Assembly (NCBI RefSeq): GCF_000143415.4
Contig: NW_003314318.1
Span: 682,001 to 746,000, forward strand
DNA from: Selaginella moellendorffii
Taxonomy: Eukaryota; Plantae; Lycopodiophyta
Reading direction: 5' to 3'
Length of the DNA stretch: 64,000 bases
Part shown: positions 14,151 through 26,415 of the stretch, one piece after another
How the letters are laid out: the number at the start of each line of letters is the position of its first letter
Position numbering within the stretch: the first letter of the stretch is position 1
Notes under the pieces: generated by a model
Told to the model about the DNA's origin: nothing
The model's database searches: none
What the model saw: the letters and a program-made list of their open reading frames with translations, nothing else
Program-made: the position numbers and the translations under genes

Positions 14151-16707
14151 CAGGTTCGCAGAGAAGATACTATTTTTCTTTGGCAACTGTAATTATATGC
14201 TCCATTGAAGTCACCTCTTCAATGGAGTTTGTCACCGCAACACACGGGACACCCTTGAGTAGTGCGGCTCGAAAGAATAGTCCGCCGCAGTTGTACTCGA
14301 CAACGCATTTGCCCTTGGAGTCGGAAGCAGGTGACCCACCCGCTATTGCGTTGAAGACCCAGCTGAGCATTTCCCATGCTGCACCTGGAGCTTTCTCTGG
14401 ATTCGAAAGCTCCATAGCCGTCTTCAGTTCCTCAGGCACAGGTAAATTGACCTCCCTCAGATCAATTCGATCGGCCTTGTCGAACGAAGCTGGGAAGTCA
14501 CTCTAGTCCCACTCTGCTGCAGGACCAATAACAAGGGCGAGTGTGAAGATGCAGACATTCGTCGGTATCTTCTTCTTAGCCATTATCCCATGGATCTCCT
14601 ACATCTCTTTGCCTTTCAACCGAGCCTTCACCTCGTTCAAGGCCTTCCAGAACTTGTGATAGGATTCGGAGTCGTAGATCATATAGTGGACTGAAGATTC
14701 CACCTCCGCAAGTCCCACCATTAAGTTAATGATGGAGCTAACTTCGTCTGCATGAGTGATCTCCTCGTTTGTGAAGTCCATCACACAAAAGATGTTCTTG
14801 ACCTGCTCATCTCCGCGGGAAACGATGCTCCTCCACCTTTGATCCTCATCGGAATTCACGTATACCCGGTAAAGTTCTCGATAGGCCTCTGCTATGGGGT
14901 CGAGCTGTTTCTGAAGCCGGCGGTCGACATCCCTCTTAATGAAATTTGGATACTGATCCAACTTCTCAGCTTTACTTTTCGTGGCATCCCGTAGCAGATC
15001 GATGAACTTGGGGGCCCCCTTCACGTACTTGTCGATGTCTTCATTTGACAACTCCAGCTCTTCCATCATCTCTTGCGTGGTGTCGATGCTCACCCTCTCC
15101 ACGGCCACTTGCTCGAAGATCCAATCCTTCAATAGCGCACGAGCTCTCAGAGTCGTGCACAAGTCCTCGTATGTCACAATATGGCTGGGAGTCATTTTGG
15201 TCTTGTTGAAGACTACCTCACCACGTAGAAGAGCATTAGCCACTATCAGAAGGTCGTCGTCGTCTAGAGACCGCAAGAAACGCAAGGCGTTGAGCTTCAA
15301 ATCATTGGGCTTCCGGCCGTCCTCCACACCCATTGAGTTTAGCAACTCCCCGTCATGGTACCTCCTCAGCACATCTACCCATTTGTCAAAAACAACTTTT
15401 GTCGCGAGTAGAATGTTATGGATGCTGAGTGTGTCATGGACCCCCAGTGTTTTCGAGAGAAGACTCGAGAATTCCTGCAATGGAAATGGCGTGAGGCCAC
15501 ATGCTATGCCACATGCAACGAGGCTTACCTGCCAGGCGCTAGTTGCTAGTGCATGTCCTTGTCCTGGTTTTTGTGGCTTCTTCAGTTGAACCCAGAGCTT
15601 CCGTATTCGTGCCAATGTCTCGTGCAGACCCGATTTGTAGTACGTTTCTTGCTTGACATTCTGCGCGTGGGAGATGTATATGATAGATCGGAGGGGCGAG
15701 TTGCCTTTTATCAGGCGGACAACTCTTGTCTTGAAGACTTTCTTCACCTCCTCGCCCACCATAATATCCACAACTATCTCTTGCATCGCCAAGCTAGAAT
15801 GCTGCCCGAAGACGGCATAGAACCGGATGTTCTGATCGTCCAACACTTTCCTATTGATCAAGTCTGGAAACCTCGTCTCGCCCTTCATTGTTCGGTAGTA
15901 GGGGATCACGTCTGCAATGTCGGGTGTTACTGGACTTGCCAGCATCTTCTGCTTCAGTTTCTCCACCCACTCATCAGATACTAGCCTGTGGTTGTATTTG
16001 CTTTGGATGTCGATACGGCTCACGTCGATTGTATATACTTTGTTGGAATAGTAACAAGTACTATTATCTGCGACGATTTTTGCTGCCTCTTCTTGCTCTT
16101 TCTGCTCTTTGCGGCTCTTCTTTTTGGTGGGTGTAGTGTTCGAACCCGAGGCAATGGCATCATCGAGTAGCTTCTTTTTTGGAGCAGGAGAGTCGGACGT
16201 CGGCTTGAGCTTGAACACCCTTTTCTGCTTCGGGGTAGTTTCTAGATCGACCCCCTTCCCCTTCGCTTCGTGAACTGGAGGCACTCTCAACGGCTCAATG
16301 TTGGAATATAGTTTTTGAACATCGCCGTAGGTGAGGTCCGTGGATTCCATGTGATCTTCATAGACCCGCAGCGTCTTTGAAATTGTGGGCCTCCTGGACA
16401 ACCTCTCCCTAGCTCCCTCTAGGAATTCCTTATAGCCGCTGCCCCCCTCCGGGAAGCCGCTAGGATGTGCAAGGTGGATCTTGAAGGCGGATGCTGTCTC
16501 TACCACAAGTGCCAGTCCATATTCTTGCATGGAACTGCATGGAGTGTCTGTCACTTGGATGAGGATCCCCATGCATTCTTTTCTCCCACCATCTGTGTTG
16601 TACAGCCTCAGATCCTCGCCTTCCATCCCGAAAGTCCAACTGGTGAGCTCCTCCCCCTTCTCTGCATCCACATTGACAGTGGCTGGAAGAAGAACGCAAT
16701 TCCTCGC
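14151..16707 (-). pseudogene. ParB/Srx-like N-terminal domain protein with a C-terminal degenerate beta-class DNA methyltransferase-like region
   Basis: IDVSRID...RLVSDEWVEKLK...FYAVFGQHSSLA resembles ParB-N (R, G.HR). The same frame continues through TAG stops to NPEKAP...GKCVVEYNCGG..FRAALLKGVPCVAV. In-frame 54-nt intron at about 15529-15476. Confidence 0.55.
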
Positions 16708-17966
16708 CTGTTCAGAAATGCACAACAATTAGAGCTGACAGATGAAAAGCTAGCAGCTGGAAATAACGTGAGGCCACACGCCATTCACCACTGCATCAGA
16801 TGTCTTGAGGCTGCATCCTAAGATGGCGTGAGGCTACACGCCATCTGTAACCGAACTGCACTCGAGAGCCCAATCGGTGCATGCCAATGTTGCTATTGAA
16901 TGGCATGTGGCCTCATGCCATTTTCTACTTGGCCTAAAAGACTTACCATTTGAAGCCGAATGGAGGCATGACAATCGAGGCCGGACTCGCTGGCGAATGT
17001 GCATTGTGTGTGCAGTGGATCATAACAGCAAGGCTACTCTGCCACTTACAGTTGGAGAGTGGCGCTGAAATCTCCCGGGACGCCAAGTGGGCTGCGTGTG
17101 GGTGGCGGAGTGGGCGGGGGAGTTGGCGGCGAAGTTACAAACTGGGTGTGTCTTGAAGTGGACGCCGATGCACACGAGCGCGATGCGAGCGCGAGTGTGA
17201 TGCAAGCGCGAGTGGACGCCGATGCACACGAGAAACCTGTAGAGAAAGTAGATGAGCGCGAATGTGAGTGTGATCGCGATGTGAGCGCGAGTGTGCGAGC
17301 GCGAGTACGATGTAAAACCTAACCTCACACGCGCGAAATGTCATGACGGTTGGTAATCCCGCCACGTCATCATTCCTCGGACTTGGGCGCCACCATTAAT
17401 TTCTGGATTGCCGCCCGCATGCATGCACGTGAAATCCAAAAGAAATCCGCAATGTCATCATTCCTCGGACTGCATGCACGCGAAATCCAAAAGAAAGATC
17501 ATGATTGGGATATCATTTAATACCCTCGCTATATTTATACCATGCATGATTGGATATTCCAAAGCATCTTGTATTTCCAAAAATGCCAGATGTTCAACTA
17601 AATAAAGAATGGTACACAATGTCCTTCTTGATGACCCTGCAAAGAAGCATCTCGATCGGACACCACATGAGACCACACGAGCCTTACAATGTTTCAGGGG
17701 CATTTGCCATAGATCCGACCGTTATTTTGCTCCAAGATTCTATAGTTTGGTGTGCATTGACCTTTCCATCGATACTGCAAAGGGACATCACAATCAGATG
17801 TGGGATCACAAGAAACCAACTTCACTAACTCTGGTTTCACCAAGATCTACGTAAGGAGTTATGAAATGAAAGGACCCTCTCTATTGAAATGTGTTTATGG
17901 TCCTGACATATCAAAGGATTTTGCATCAAGTTCTGTATTTGCATGTTTATCAAGCTACTGAATTGC

Positions 17967-17985
17967 TAAACCCTAAACCCTAAAC
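17967..17985. promoter_or_regulatory. Telo-box-like (AAACCCT)n in the divergent intergenic region of the transposon
   Basis: ctaaaccctaaaccctaaac lies between the two divergently oriented genes. Confidence 0.35.
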
Positions 17986-19519
17986 ATGTGGCAAATGCTG
18001 CGTGAAGAAAGATGCCCTTTCTGGGCAAATGCTGTAAGAGGCAGATGCCGAGCAGATGTATCTCAGGCTAGCGAAGGGGACAAACGAAAGATAGCTATAA
18101 ACATGACGGGATGCAAATAGATTACTAGGCTGGTCCTGCGAAAATCAAAAACCATAATTGAAAACATTGAAAATGCAAAAAGAAAGGTTTATAATATTTT
18201 TGAATTTTAAGCAACCAAAGGAATGTAAGTAGGGCATGTGTTTGTAAGTTTAAAAATGCCTCAACCACTTAAATTCCCAAGTAAATAAAGCTGTTTTTAT
18301 TTTTCGTACAGGTAAACTTTATAGCGTGTGGGCTCATGCAATTTTGAACCCAAAAATGCACCAAAAAATGCTCGACTAGCATTATTCTTTGAATGGCGTG
18401 TGGCCTTATATTGCCATAAATGGACGTACACACACAACATAATTATTCCTTTACACGGCGTATAATCTTGGCGCGGATCGCTGACATGGCATGGCAAAGT
18501 TCGAATCACTGACATGGCACAGCTGAATCGAGGCAAGGACATGATGTGACAAAGTTCAACCTCCGACAGCAAAGTCTAGAAGCTACTCAGTTTGAAATTT
18601 GTCAAAGGAATCATAAGATCTGGTTTGTCAGAGGATTTGATGTGACGTTCAAGCGTGTGTTATTTTTGAATTCTCGAACTCATTCCTAGGTCTATCATTT
18701 TTGTGCGCCGTGTTCTTGGTTCCGCTGAGCGCAGTGAGCACTGCTTGTGTAAGCGGCATTGTGAGCTGTGGTTTATGCGTCTACGAGCGGTTGCGGCATT
18801 GCGAGCGCCATTGCGAGCGGCAGTTTATGCGAGTGGCAGTTTGTGCGAGCCGCGCTACGAGCAGTTGCGGTGTTGCGAGCGGCGCTACGAGTAGTTGCGG
18901 TGTTGCGAGCGGCACTGTCTTTGGTGTGGCTACCGCTTCCTCTTGATATTCGGCACTTGTGCTTCCTGGTATGTTCACCATGGAATGGCTTAGGACCACA
19001 TTTAGAAATGGCATGAGGCCACATGCCATCTTGGGCCCTTGCAATTTCATGGCTAGCATATTGTCATGTATGTTTTTACTTGCCTGCAGCTGTGTGTATA
19101 TCAAGATGGCATGAGGCCTCATGCCATCTTTGGCGCCTACTAGCCTATTGCCATATTCCTTTTGCCTTGCTGCAACTGTATATATTTTTGTATGGGTGAG
19201 TAGTCACGCACACAAAGATATATACAGTTGCAGCAAGGTAAAAGGAATATAGCAACAGGCTAGCATATTGTCATGTATGTTTTTACTTGCCTGCAGCTGT
19301 GTGTATATCAAGATGGCATGAGGGCTCATGCCAATTTTGTGAATGCGAAATTTCACGTGGGTGTCAATAGCATGTTTGAATAATGGCATGTGGCCTCATG
19401 CTATTGAGGTTGTTTGGTATGTTATGATTTAGGCCATTCTCCAATCATTTTTTGTATGGTCTTAACTTCTTTTCTGCACTTTCAGAATAGCCTTCGCAAG
19501 TGCGACGCATGTTCCCTCC

Positions 19520-22142
19520 GTGGATCTTAAGAACCATGCTACATGGATTCAGACAAAGGTGTTTCTAAACAACCCCGAGGGGGAGGTGGTAGCTGAGGGC
19601 TTAGCCACAGTTGTCGATCCAAGAGATGCGGTTGCTAATCAAGAATTGGGCTTGGATGATATTGGAGTTGCGATTTTAGAGGTTGTTGACACAGAAGAAA
19701 ATAGTCTGACTATTGAAAGCATTGTGCAGTGGAAATTGAGGCACTTAGTGTTTGAGAATGTGAAGGATTCACAATGCTGATTGGGATGCTATTGAAGAGG
19801 AGAGAGCAAGATACAAGACATTGTCCTGGAAGGTAGCTCGCAATTTTGTGTATGAGGCATTACGGTCATCTGTTGATGCTTCAAAACATCAGGTGGGGGG
19901 CATGGTCTTCCAGAGGGGTTTGGTCTGCATGAAGGCATGGAGAATCATTTATGGAGTCCCTCTAACCACATTCTACAGAATCAAAACTGAGTTCGAGGAA
20001 CAAAGGGTTCAACAGGCAGTCCATGGGAACGATGGTACTCACAAAACCAGGGGTCATGTTGTATATGGAGAGGCAATCTTCAAGAGGTTTGTCGAGACAT
20101 GTAGCGAGCAGCAACCACATAAAACCCACCTCTTGGAAGATGGAACTCGAGACACCCAACGAGTTCTCCCTTCCATGTATACCAAGGAGGCCATATTGGA
20201 AGATGTGAATCGGGAACTCCAGAGTAATGGCTACAGGAAGCTGAGCCAATCTAGATTTAGTAGATTGTGGAGCAACAGGTTCAGGGATGTGAGTATAGGA
20301 AAGTACTCTAGCTTTTCAAAGTGTGACGAGTGCACTGCTATCAAAATGGCTTTGTCGAAGAATTCTTGCATCGCTCAAGAGCGAGAGACGTTGGTTAGAA
20401 GGCGGCTCGACCACAACATCGAGCAGAGAAGCTGCAGGACTGCATATTATCATAACAGGATTCTCTCCATGGAGAGACCTGACTCTTACCTCTGCATCAT
20501 CCACGACAAAATGGACCAGAAAAAGACGTGCTTACCTCGACTCAATCCTGCCCCCAAGGCAATCTCTTCATCCATGCAACTGCCTGTGTCTCTGTTTGGC
20601 ATAATTGCTCATGGGCATGGTGCCCAGAACTATGGGAACTTCTTTGTACCTCTATGGGGTGGCGGGGGTGCAAACATGATGATTGCATCCCTAGCAAAAC
20701 ACTTAAGGTCTCTGCAAAGTGTGCAGACTAAGCTGAACGGCCAACCCTTGCATAAGGCCCTTGTCGATCGAACCCCATACAGGGTTCAGCTGGAGGAGGA
20801 GCAAAGGCTTGCAGTATCGCGTGGGGCCCCATGCCATCCCAGTGAATATGTTGGCCGTCAGATTGTAGGGTTATCACGTGAGGCCTTATGCCATTCCGAC
20901 GAGGCTAGTCGCCCGGTGAATGCACATCCTCATCCAAACGAAGCAGAATCTCAAGGAAGTTCTTGCGGCCGATGTGGCCTTCCACCCCATCTTCTGCTCC
21001 AAACAGACAATGCTGGCAGTGAGAACAAAAACATGTACGTCTTCGCATACTTGGCGATGCTTGTTGCCAAAGGCATATTTGAAATGGTTACACTTGGCTT
21101 TCTCATGGTTGGGCACACTCATGAAGACGTCGATGCCATGTTCAGTCACCTGGCAGAGTCCCTCTGGCGATCCAATGTCCTCACCCTCCCACAACTCTAC
21201 GATGAATTCCAAAATTGCATCAAAGGCACTATTGAAGTTGCACTTATGACAGAGGTTCCAGACTTTAAGGGGTTTGTAAGAGGCTACATCAGGGACAGAT
21301 CCGAAACGCTGATTGGCCACTCCAAGCCTCTTTAGTTTCATTTCAGCATGCGTGACAGTGCTCCAGTGATGAGGTACAAGATGAGAGAATGGGACACAGT
21401 GTGGTTGCTAGTGGACGGCATTGAACTCTTCAAGAGAGATCCCATAACTGGGGAACCTATGATTCCTCAGGGTTCCCCACGGCCGATGCACCCGGATGGA
21501 CTCAAAGACCAGGAAAGTATAGTGGTCGGGATTAGACAGCATATTGCCTTCTGGAAGACGGGGTTGGTGTTTGGTGGAGAATCCTATTTTCAGAGGTGCA
21601 AACCTTTGATCGAATACTAGGAGAAGATTATATTTGCTATCCAAAATGGGCCGGTTGTATATGAAGAATTGGAAGAGTCCTTTTGGCCAGAACCCAGAGC
21701 ACCAGATAGTAGCGGAACAATGTCCTCTGGAAATGCAATGACAGATAACGATGTTGAGGATCACTATTGTGGGCCGAGGAACAAGAAGCCGGATTCAGCA
21801 TTCAATCCAGTACAGGTCTGCAAAGGAATGGTCGTGCTTGTCAGACCCAGTAATAAAAAACAAATGATATGGGTGGGGCGCTGCATCACTGATGTAGAGG
21901 AGGACGCGGAAACTAACTCCTTCAATGTAACTGTGGAGTGGTTCAAGCCAAGTTCCAGATATACGAAGGATTGCCTAGAAAAGAAATGGGTGCTGAATCC
22001 AAGGGATCCCAGCATGAGCATATCGGTGGATAATGTTGTGCATGGTTGGATGCGAAAGCAGAGTGCCACCATCACCTTGCCAGACCATGCAAGAGATGCA
22101 GCAAGAGCATTCATAACCCGGGTTCAAGGTGAGATTCATTAA
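19520..22142 (+). pseudogene. Sola-like DDD transposase; frameshift near 19780, in-frame TAG stops at 21333 and 21618
   Basis: KCDEC..H, IIHDKMDQ, QTDNAGSENKN, FLMVGHTHEDVDAMFS. ORFs 19821-21335, 21348-21620 and 21669-22142 share one frame. Confidence 0.8.
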
Positions 22143-24772
22143 TATTCCTTTACTAAGTTTCTAATGTATTTTATTTCAAGGTGAACAATCCGAATCTGAA
22201 TCAGAGGAGGCATGATGGCATGTGGCCTTACGCTATTCCTAGGTGAGATGATACAAATAACAAGTATAAATTCTTAGTTTTTCTAGCAAATCTTACTTAA
22301 AGTTCAAGGTGAACAAGCCGAATATGAATTCATCGGATTGTTATAACAAATTGCGAGGTGATGGCATGAGGCGATACGCCATTTGAGAGTGGTAGCCATT
22401 CCTATATGAGGTGAGTGAAATATTTATTAGAAATACCTCATTCAATTGTGCACTTCTAAGTCTTGGTCCACTCAGTACTGTTTGCATGTTTTTATTTTAA
22501 TTCTTTCTCTAAAATGTTATTTAGCATGTGGCTTCATGCCATTGCTCTCCACAATCATGCATTGAATTTTTCTATCCTTGCATAATACTTCTCCATATAT
22601 ATAGCATGTGCGCACATGTGATATGGTTCATTAGGCCTGATATAGTGTGTGAGGTAAAACAAAGATGATGTGACATATGCATTTACCAATCACACATGCA
22701 TAAATCTAATAATATGGCGTGTGGCCTATATTAATGGCACATAAACCTATATTGTGGGCTTACGTGCTTTATGTACCATCATTCCCTTGCAGCGTGTGTG
22801 TTGGTTTCCTTTTATAACACAACGAACTCCATATTTTAGGGTGAAGAGCGTTCTTATAGCAAGCACAAAATCTGTAAGTGAGGCAAAAAAGGAGACGGAG
22901 AAGGAGATAGGTGAAGATGTAGAATATATAAGTCTTCCAAACTCCCCGTACTATACTCCAGGTGATCATTTTTCTGAACAAACGGCAACATTAACAACTA
23001 TCGAGAACGCCCCAGTAACGTTAGAGACAACAATCCAAAGCAAAACAATTGACCTGGAGAAGGATGATAGTACCGCTGAGAGTACCAAAAAGGAGGTGTC
23101 CACTAGCGCTTAGGCTTATAATGGTGTGTGCCCTCATGCCATTTACTTGATCACCAAATACCTTTTTCCCTTTGCACTAGTATATCTTAATACCGGTCTG
23201 AGAAATAGAATGGCATGTGCCCTCAGGCCTTTTACTAAATCACCTTTGAAAGAAATGCAAGCCTCTATGTCGTAAAAAAAAGGTACTAGAGAAATTCCTT
23301 AATAATATGAATGTTATTTAGTTTCATGAAAATACACTAAGGGTCAAATGAGTTAAATGACTTCTCCAGACTAGCAATGCCTCTTGCTACACCTTCACAA
23401 TTAGATTCATTAGAAAAAGATAACATTGAATAATATCTAAATGTTCTCACCATTAAGTTATATGTCTGGCTAATAGGAATGACGTTCATCTTGGAAAGCT
23501 CACCACACGCTCAATGAACAAACAAATAGTGTGTGCGCGCATGCCATCGCTCTTCTTTAGCTTCAGATTCGGCTTGTTCACCTTGACAATGAGATTTATT
23601 ATACAACCAGATGGACTCAGTCTGGACACAAAGTCACTGCGCTAGTCACCATGCCCTAGATATGTCTAGCCCCTAGACAAAAAATATATAATTTCACGTC
23701 ATTTTCAAATACTTGAAAATTTGTACCTAGTCCCATTTTACTGAATAAATCCCACTTTAACGAAATAGAGCATTGTGCTGAATTTCAACTTGGTGCGATA
23801 CTGTTCTAGGAGAGTTCTCCAGAACCTACTGGTGAAGATCTTATCTCAATCTGAGATAATCTCTTCTGGCCTTCCCCTCACTCGAACCACTTGTTTGAAG
23901 AACAGTTTCGCCACACTTTCCGCATCCACCTCTGTTGTGGTGGGTATGAAATGTGCCATGTTCGAAAATCGGTCCACCATCACGAATATCACATTGAACC
24001 CCCCGCTTGGGGGGAGTCCCGTGATGAAGTCCATCGTAAGACATTTCCACGGGCGATCTGGAATTGGGATGCTTTGCAACAAGCCCCCACTAGCCTTAGT
24101 CACGGCTTTGACTTGCTGACATGTTGGACATGTCTTTATATAGTCTTGGACGTCCTTAGCCATATCTGGTTAGTGATACTTCCTCTTGAGTAAGCCCATT
24201 ATTTTGGGCACTCCGCCGTGTTTTGCAAGAGGTCCGTCATGACACTCCTCTAAGGCTACCTTCCTTAGTTCCCCTTCTGAGACATACACCCTCGTTTGCT
24301 TGTAATAGACGAGTCCATTGCATTCCGCATAGCCCATTTTCTCTTCCGTTGGCAGCTCACCTCTTTGGTGAGCTTCCCGCACTTCCAGATTCCGCAGCAA
24401 CACTTCTTGTGCTAGACCATCGTTCTTATATGCTGTCCGCACATCATCCCAAAAGGTTGTTGTTGCGCTGGATATCGCCAACTTCAAGCTCGCTTTTCGA
24501 CTTAGCGCATCTGCCACGATGTTGCTCTTCCCAGGCTTGTACAGAATCTCGCAATCAAACTTGGCCAAAGCATTGGCCCACCGACCTTGTTTCCCCCTTA
24601 GGTCGGGTTGTGACAAAAAGTGTTTCGTTGCCACATTGTCCGTGTAAACCTTGAAGTGTCTCCCAAGGTAGTGTCGCCACTCCTTGAGCGCCTTGACCAC
24701 CTCAAACAGTTCCTTCTCGTGGGCAGGCCACTTCCGTTGAGCCTTGTCCAACTTCTTCAAGAAGAATGCTAC

Positions 24773-26415
24773 TGTGAGACACAAAATCCCTAGGCCCCAA
24801 AGTGGAGCCGGAAGGGTGCCATGTGATGGTGGCCAAAGTGAAAACCAAACGAGCGTAACACGTTTGGACTAAAAGCCCCGACTTGAAAGGTCGAGAGCGG
24901 GAGTGGAACTCCCAACAAAGTGCTCGAGGAACGAGCACGAAGCGAGCAATAAGCGAGGCTCCAAAAAGGGACCCAAAAGGACCAACACATAACACGTGGA
25001 AGTGTCTGAGATGGACTCGAGTTGGAGGCCGAGGTGAAGTCCGAGAAGGACTCCGAGATGGAGTCCGAAGTGGAGTCCGAGGTGGACCCGAGATGGAGTT
25101 TGAGATGGATCCGAGATTGAGTCCGAGACGGACCAGAGATGGAGTCTGAGATGGAGTCCGAGGTGGAGTCCGAGGTGGACCCGAGATGGACCCGAAATGG
25201 AGTCCGAGATGGACCCAAGATGGACCCGAAATGGAGTCTGAGATGGAGTCTGAGATGGACCCGAGATGGAGTCCGAGATGGACCCGAGATGGAGTCCGAA
25301 GTCGAGACCAAGACCGAGACCGAGACCGGGACCGAGACCAAGACCGAGATCGGGACTGAGACCGAGACCGAGGGCGAGGCCGAGACTGAGCCCGAGCCCG
25401 AGTCCGAGTTTGAGTCTGAGAGGGTGAAAGCCTAAAGCGTTCGTCTCCCAGACCCTGGGGGGTTTGGTGAGCTCCAAAAGTATAGTAAGGGGGAGGACTG
25501 CAGTGGAGCCAGTTTGGCTAGGAAAGGCCAGTTTGGCCCAGGAAGGCCGGACCCAGTGTTGGGTGATGAGCTGCCCACTGGGAAGTCCAAGACTAGAGTG
25601 AACACAAGTCGACAAGTGGGGCAGCTTGGTGAAGTGTTCAAGAGCTGGCTCTAGTTCCCCCGGGAGATCAAATGGCCAATGCTCCCAGTCCAAGTGTGGG
25701 TGGCACTACCAACTTGGATACCTGGTGTGGCTCAACGGAACCTCGCTCTAAGCCCATGGTTAGAGCACTTAAAGGCGAAAGGCGGGGAGAGTACCCAAGA
25801 GGCTTGCGTAAGGCCACGATGTTTCAAAATGTTGTCCCAAAGTCCCAAACGGTGAAAGGGAAGAGGAGTAGGCCTCTAATGCAATGACCAAGGATATGGT
25901 CACATGGTGAGGAAGTCCCAAAAGATAGTGGGATTTAGCGGTCAGGCCTGCAGGCCTTGATCCAGTGGCAGTGTTGGCGAACACGGCCATAGACTGAAAG
26001 GGACTTGGTGGGGACTGGAAAAGAGTTGTCGGGGAAGGCTATTCCCCATGTCTGTGGGCATCCTAAGGATGCTAAGGAGTAGATCAAGGATGATCGCTCA
26101 TGGACGGATGGCCCAGTCTTTGAGAGACGGGATTATGATGCAGGTGGCGGTAGCCCACCGATGTGACCAAGGTGAATGAGCATGGCGTAGCGTAACGGGC
26201 TGGTATGTCGGTGGTACCTTGGGGTGTCGGTCACAGGATCGGACAAGTGGAGCACTTGGACCAAGTGCAAAGATTGAGTGGCATGGATGCCATTCTCGGG
26301 GCTAGCAAGCCCCAAGTCCTAATTGGGACTTATGGAGGTTATGAATGAGACTCCTCCAAGTGGTTGGAGGTGTGGTTAAGTGACTAAAGTAAAATGGAAA
26401 ATTTAGTCGCTTACA
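24773..26415 (+). mobile_element. Solo LTR of family B inserted in the RNase H of the older family A copy
   Basis: TGTGAGAC...CGCTTACA termini; TSD gctac/gctat; the host frame (HPIA|FF) resumes across it. Confidence 0.9.

Larger units (their letters stand above)
11266..23547. repeat. Dispersed 22-bp palindrome ATGGCRTGWGGCCWCAYGCCAT (about 22 copies)
   Basis: Copies start near 11266, 12342, 12417, 13656, 13847, 13987, 15486, 16763, 16823, 16900, 18393, 19008, 19106 (perfect), 19313, 19383, 22215, 22361, 22521, 22714, 23121, 23210 and 23526. Confidence 0.88.
10880..23773. mobile_element. 12.9-kb TIR DNA transposon, Sola-like (DDD transposase, 4-bp TSD)
   Basis: TIRs aagctctatttcgttaaagtggga (10880-10903) and tcccactttaacgaaatagagcat (23750-23773). 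TSD tgtg at 10876-10879 and 23774-23777. Excision restores the family A integrase (KFSTAYHP). Confidence 0.9.

Noticed and set aside
14170-14800. Active DNA methyltransferase
   Set aside because: No DPPY/SPPY or intact FxGxG motif and in-frame stops are present; at most a degenerate fold.
22754-23113. Third gene in the DNA transposon
   Set aside because: Short, low-complexity, no ATG start or motif; could be an extra 3' exon but is unsupported.
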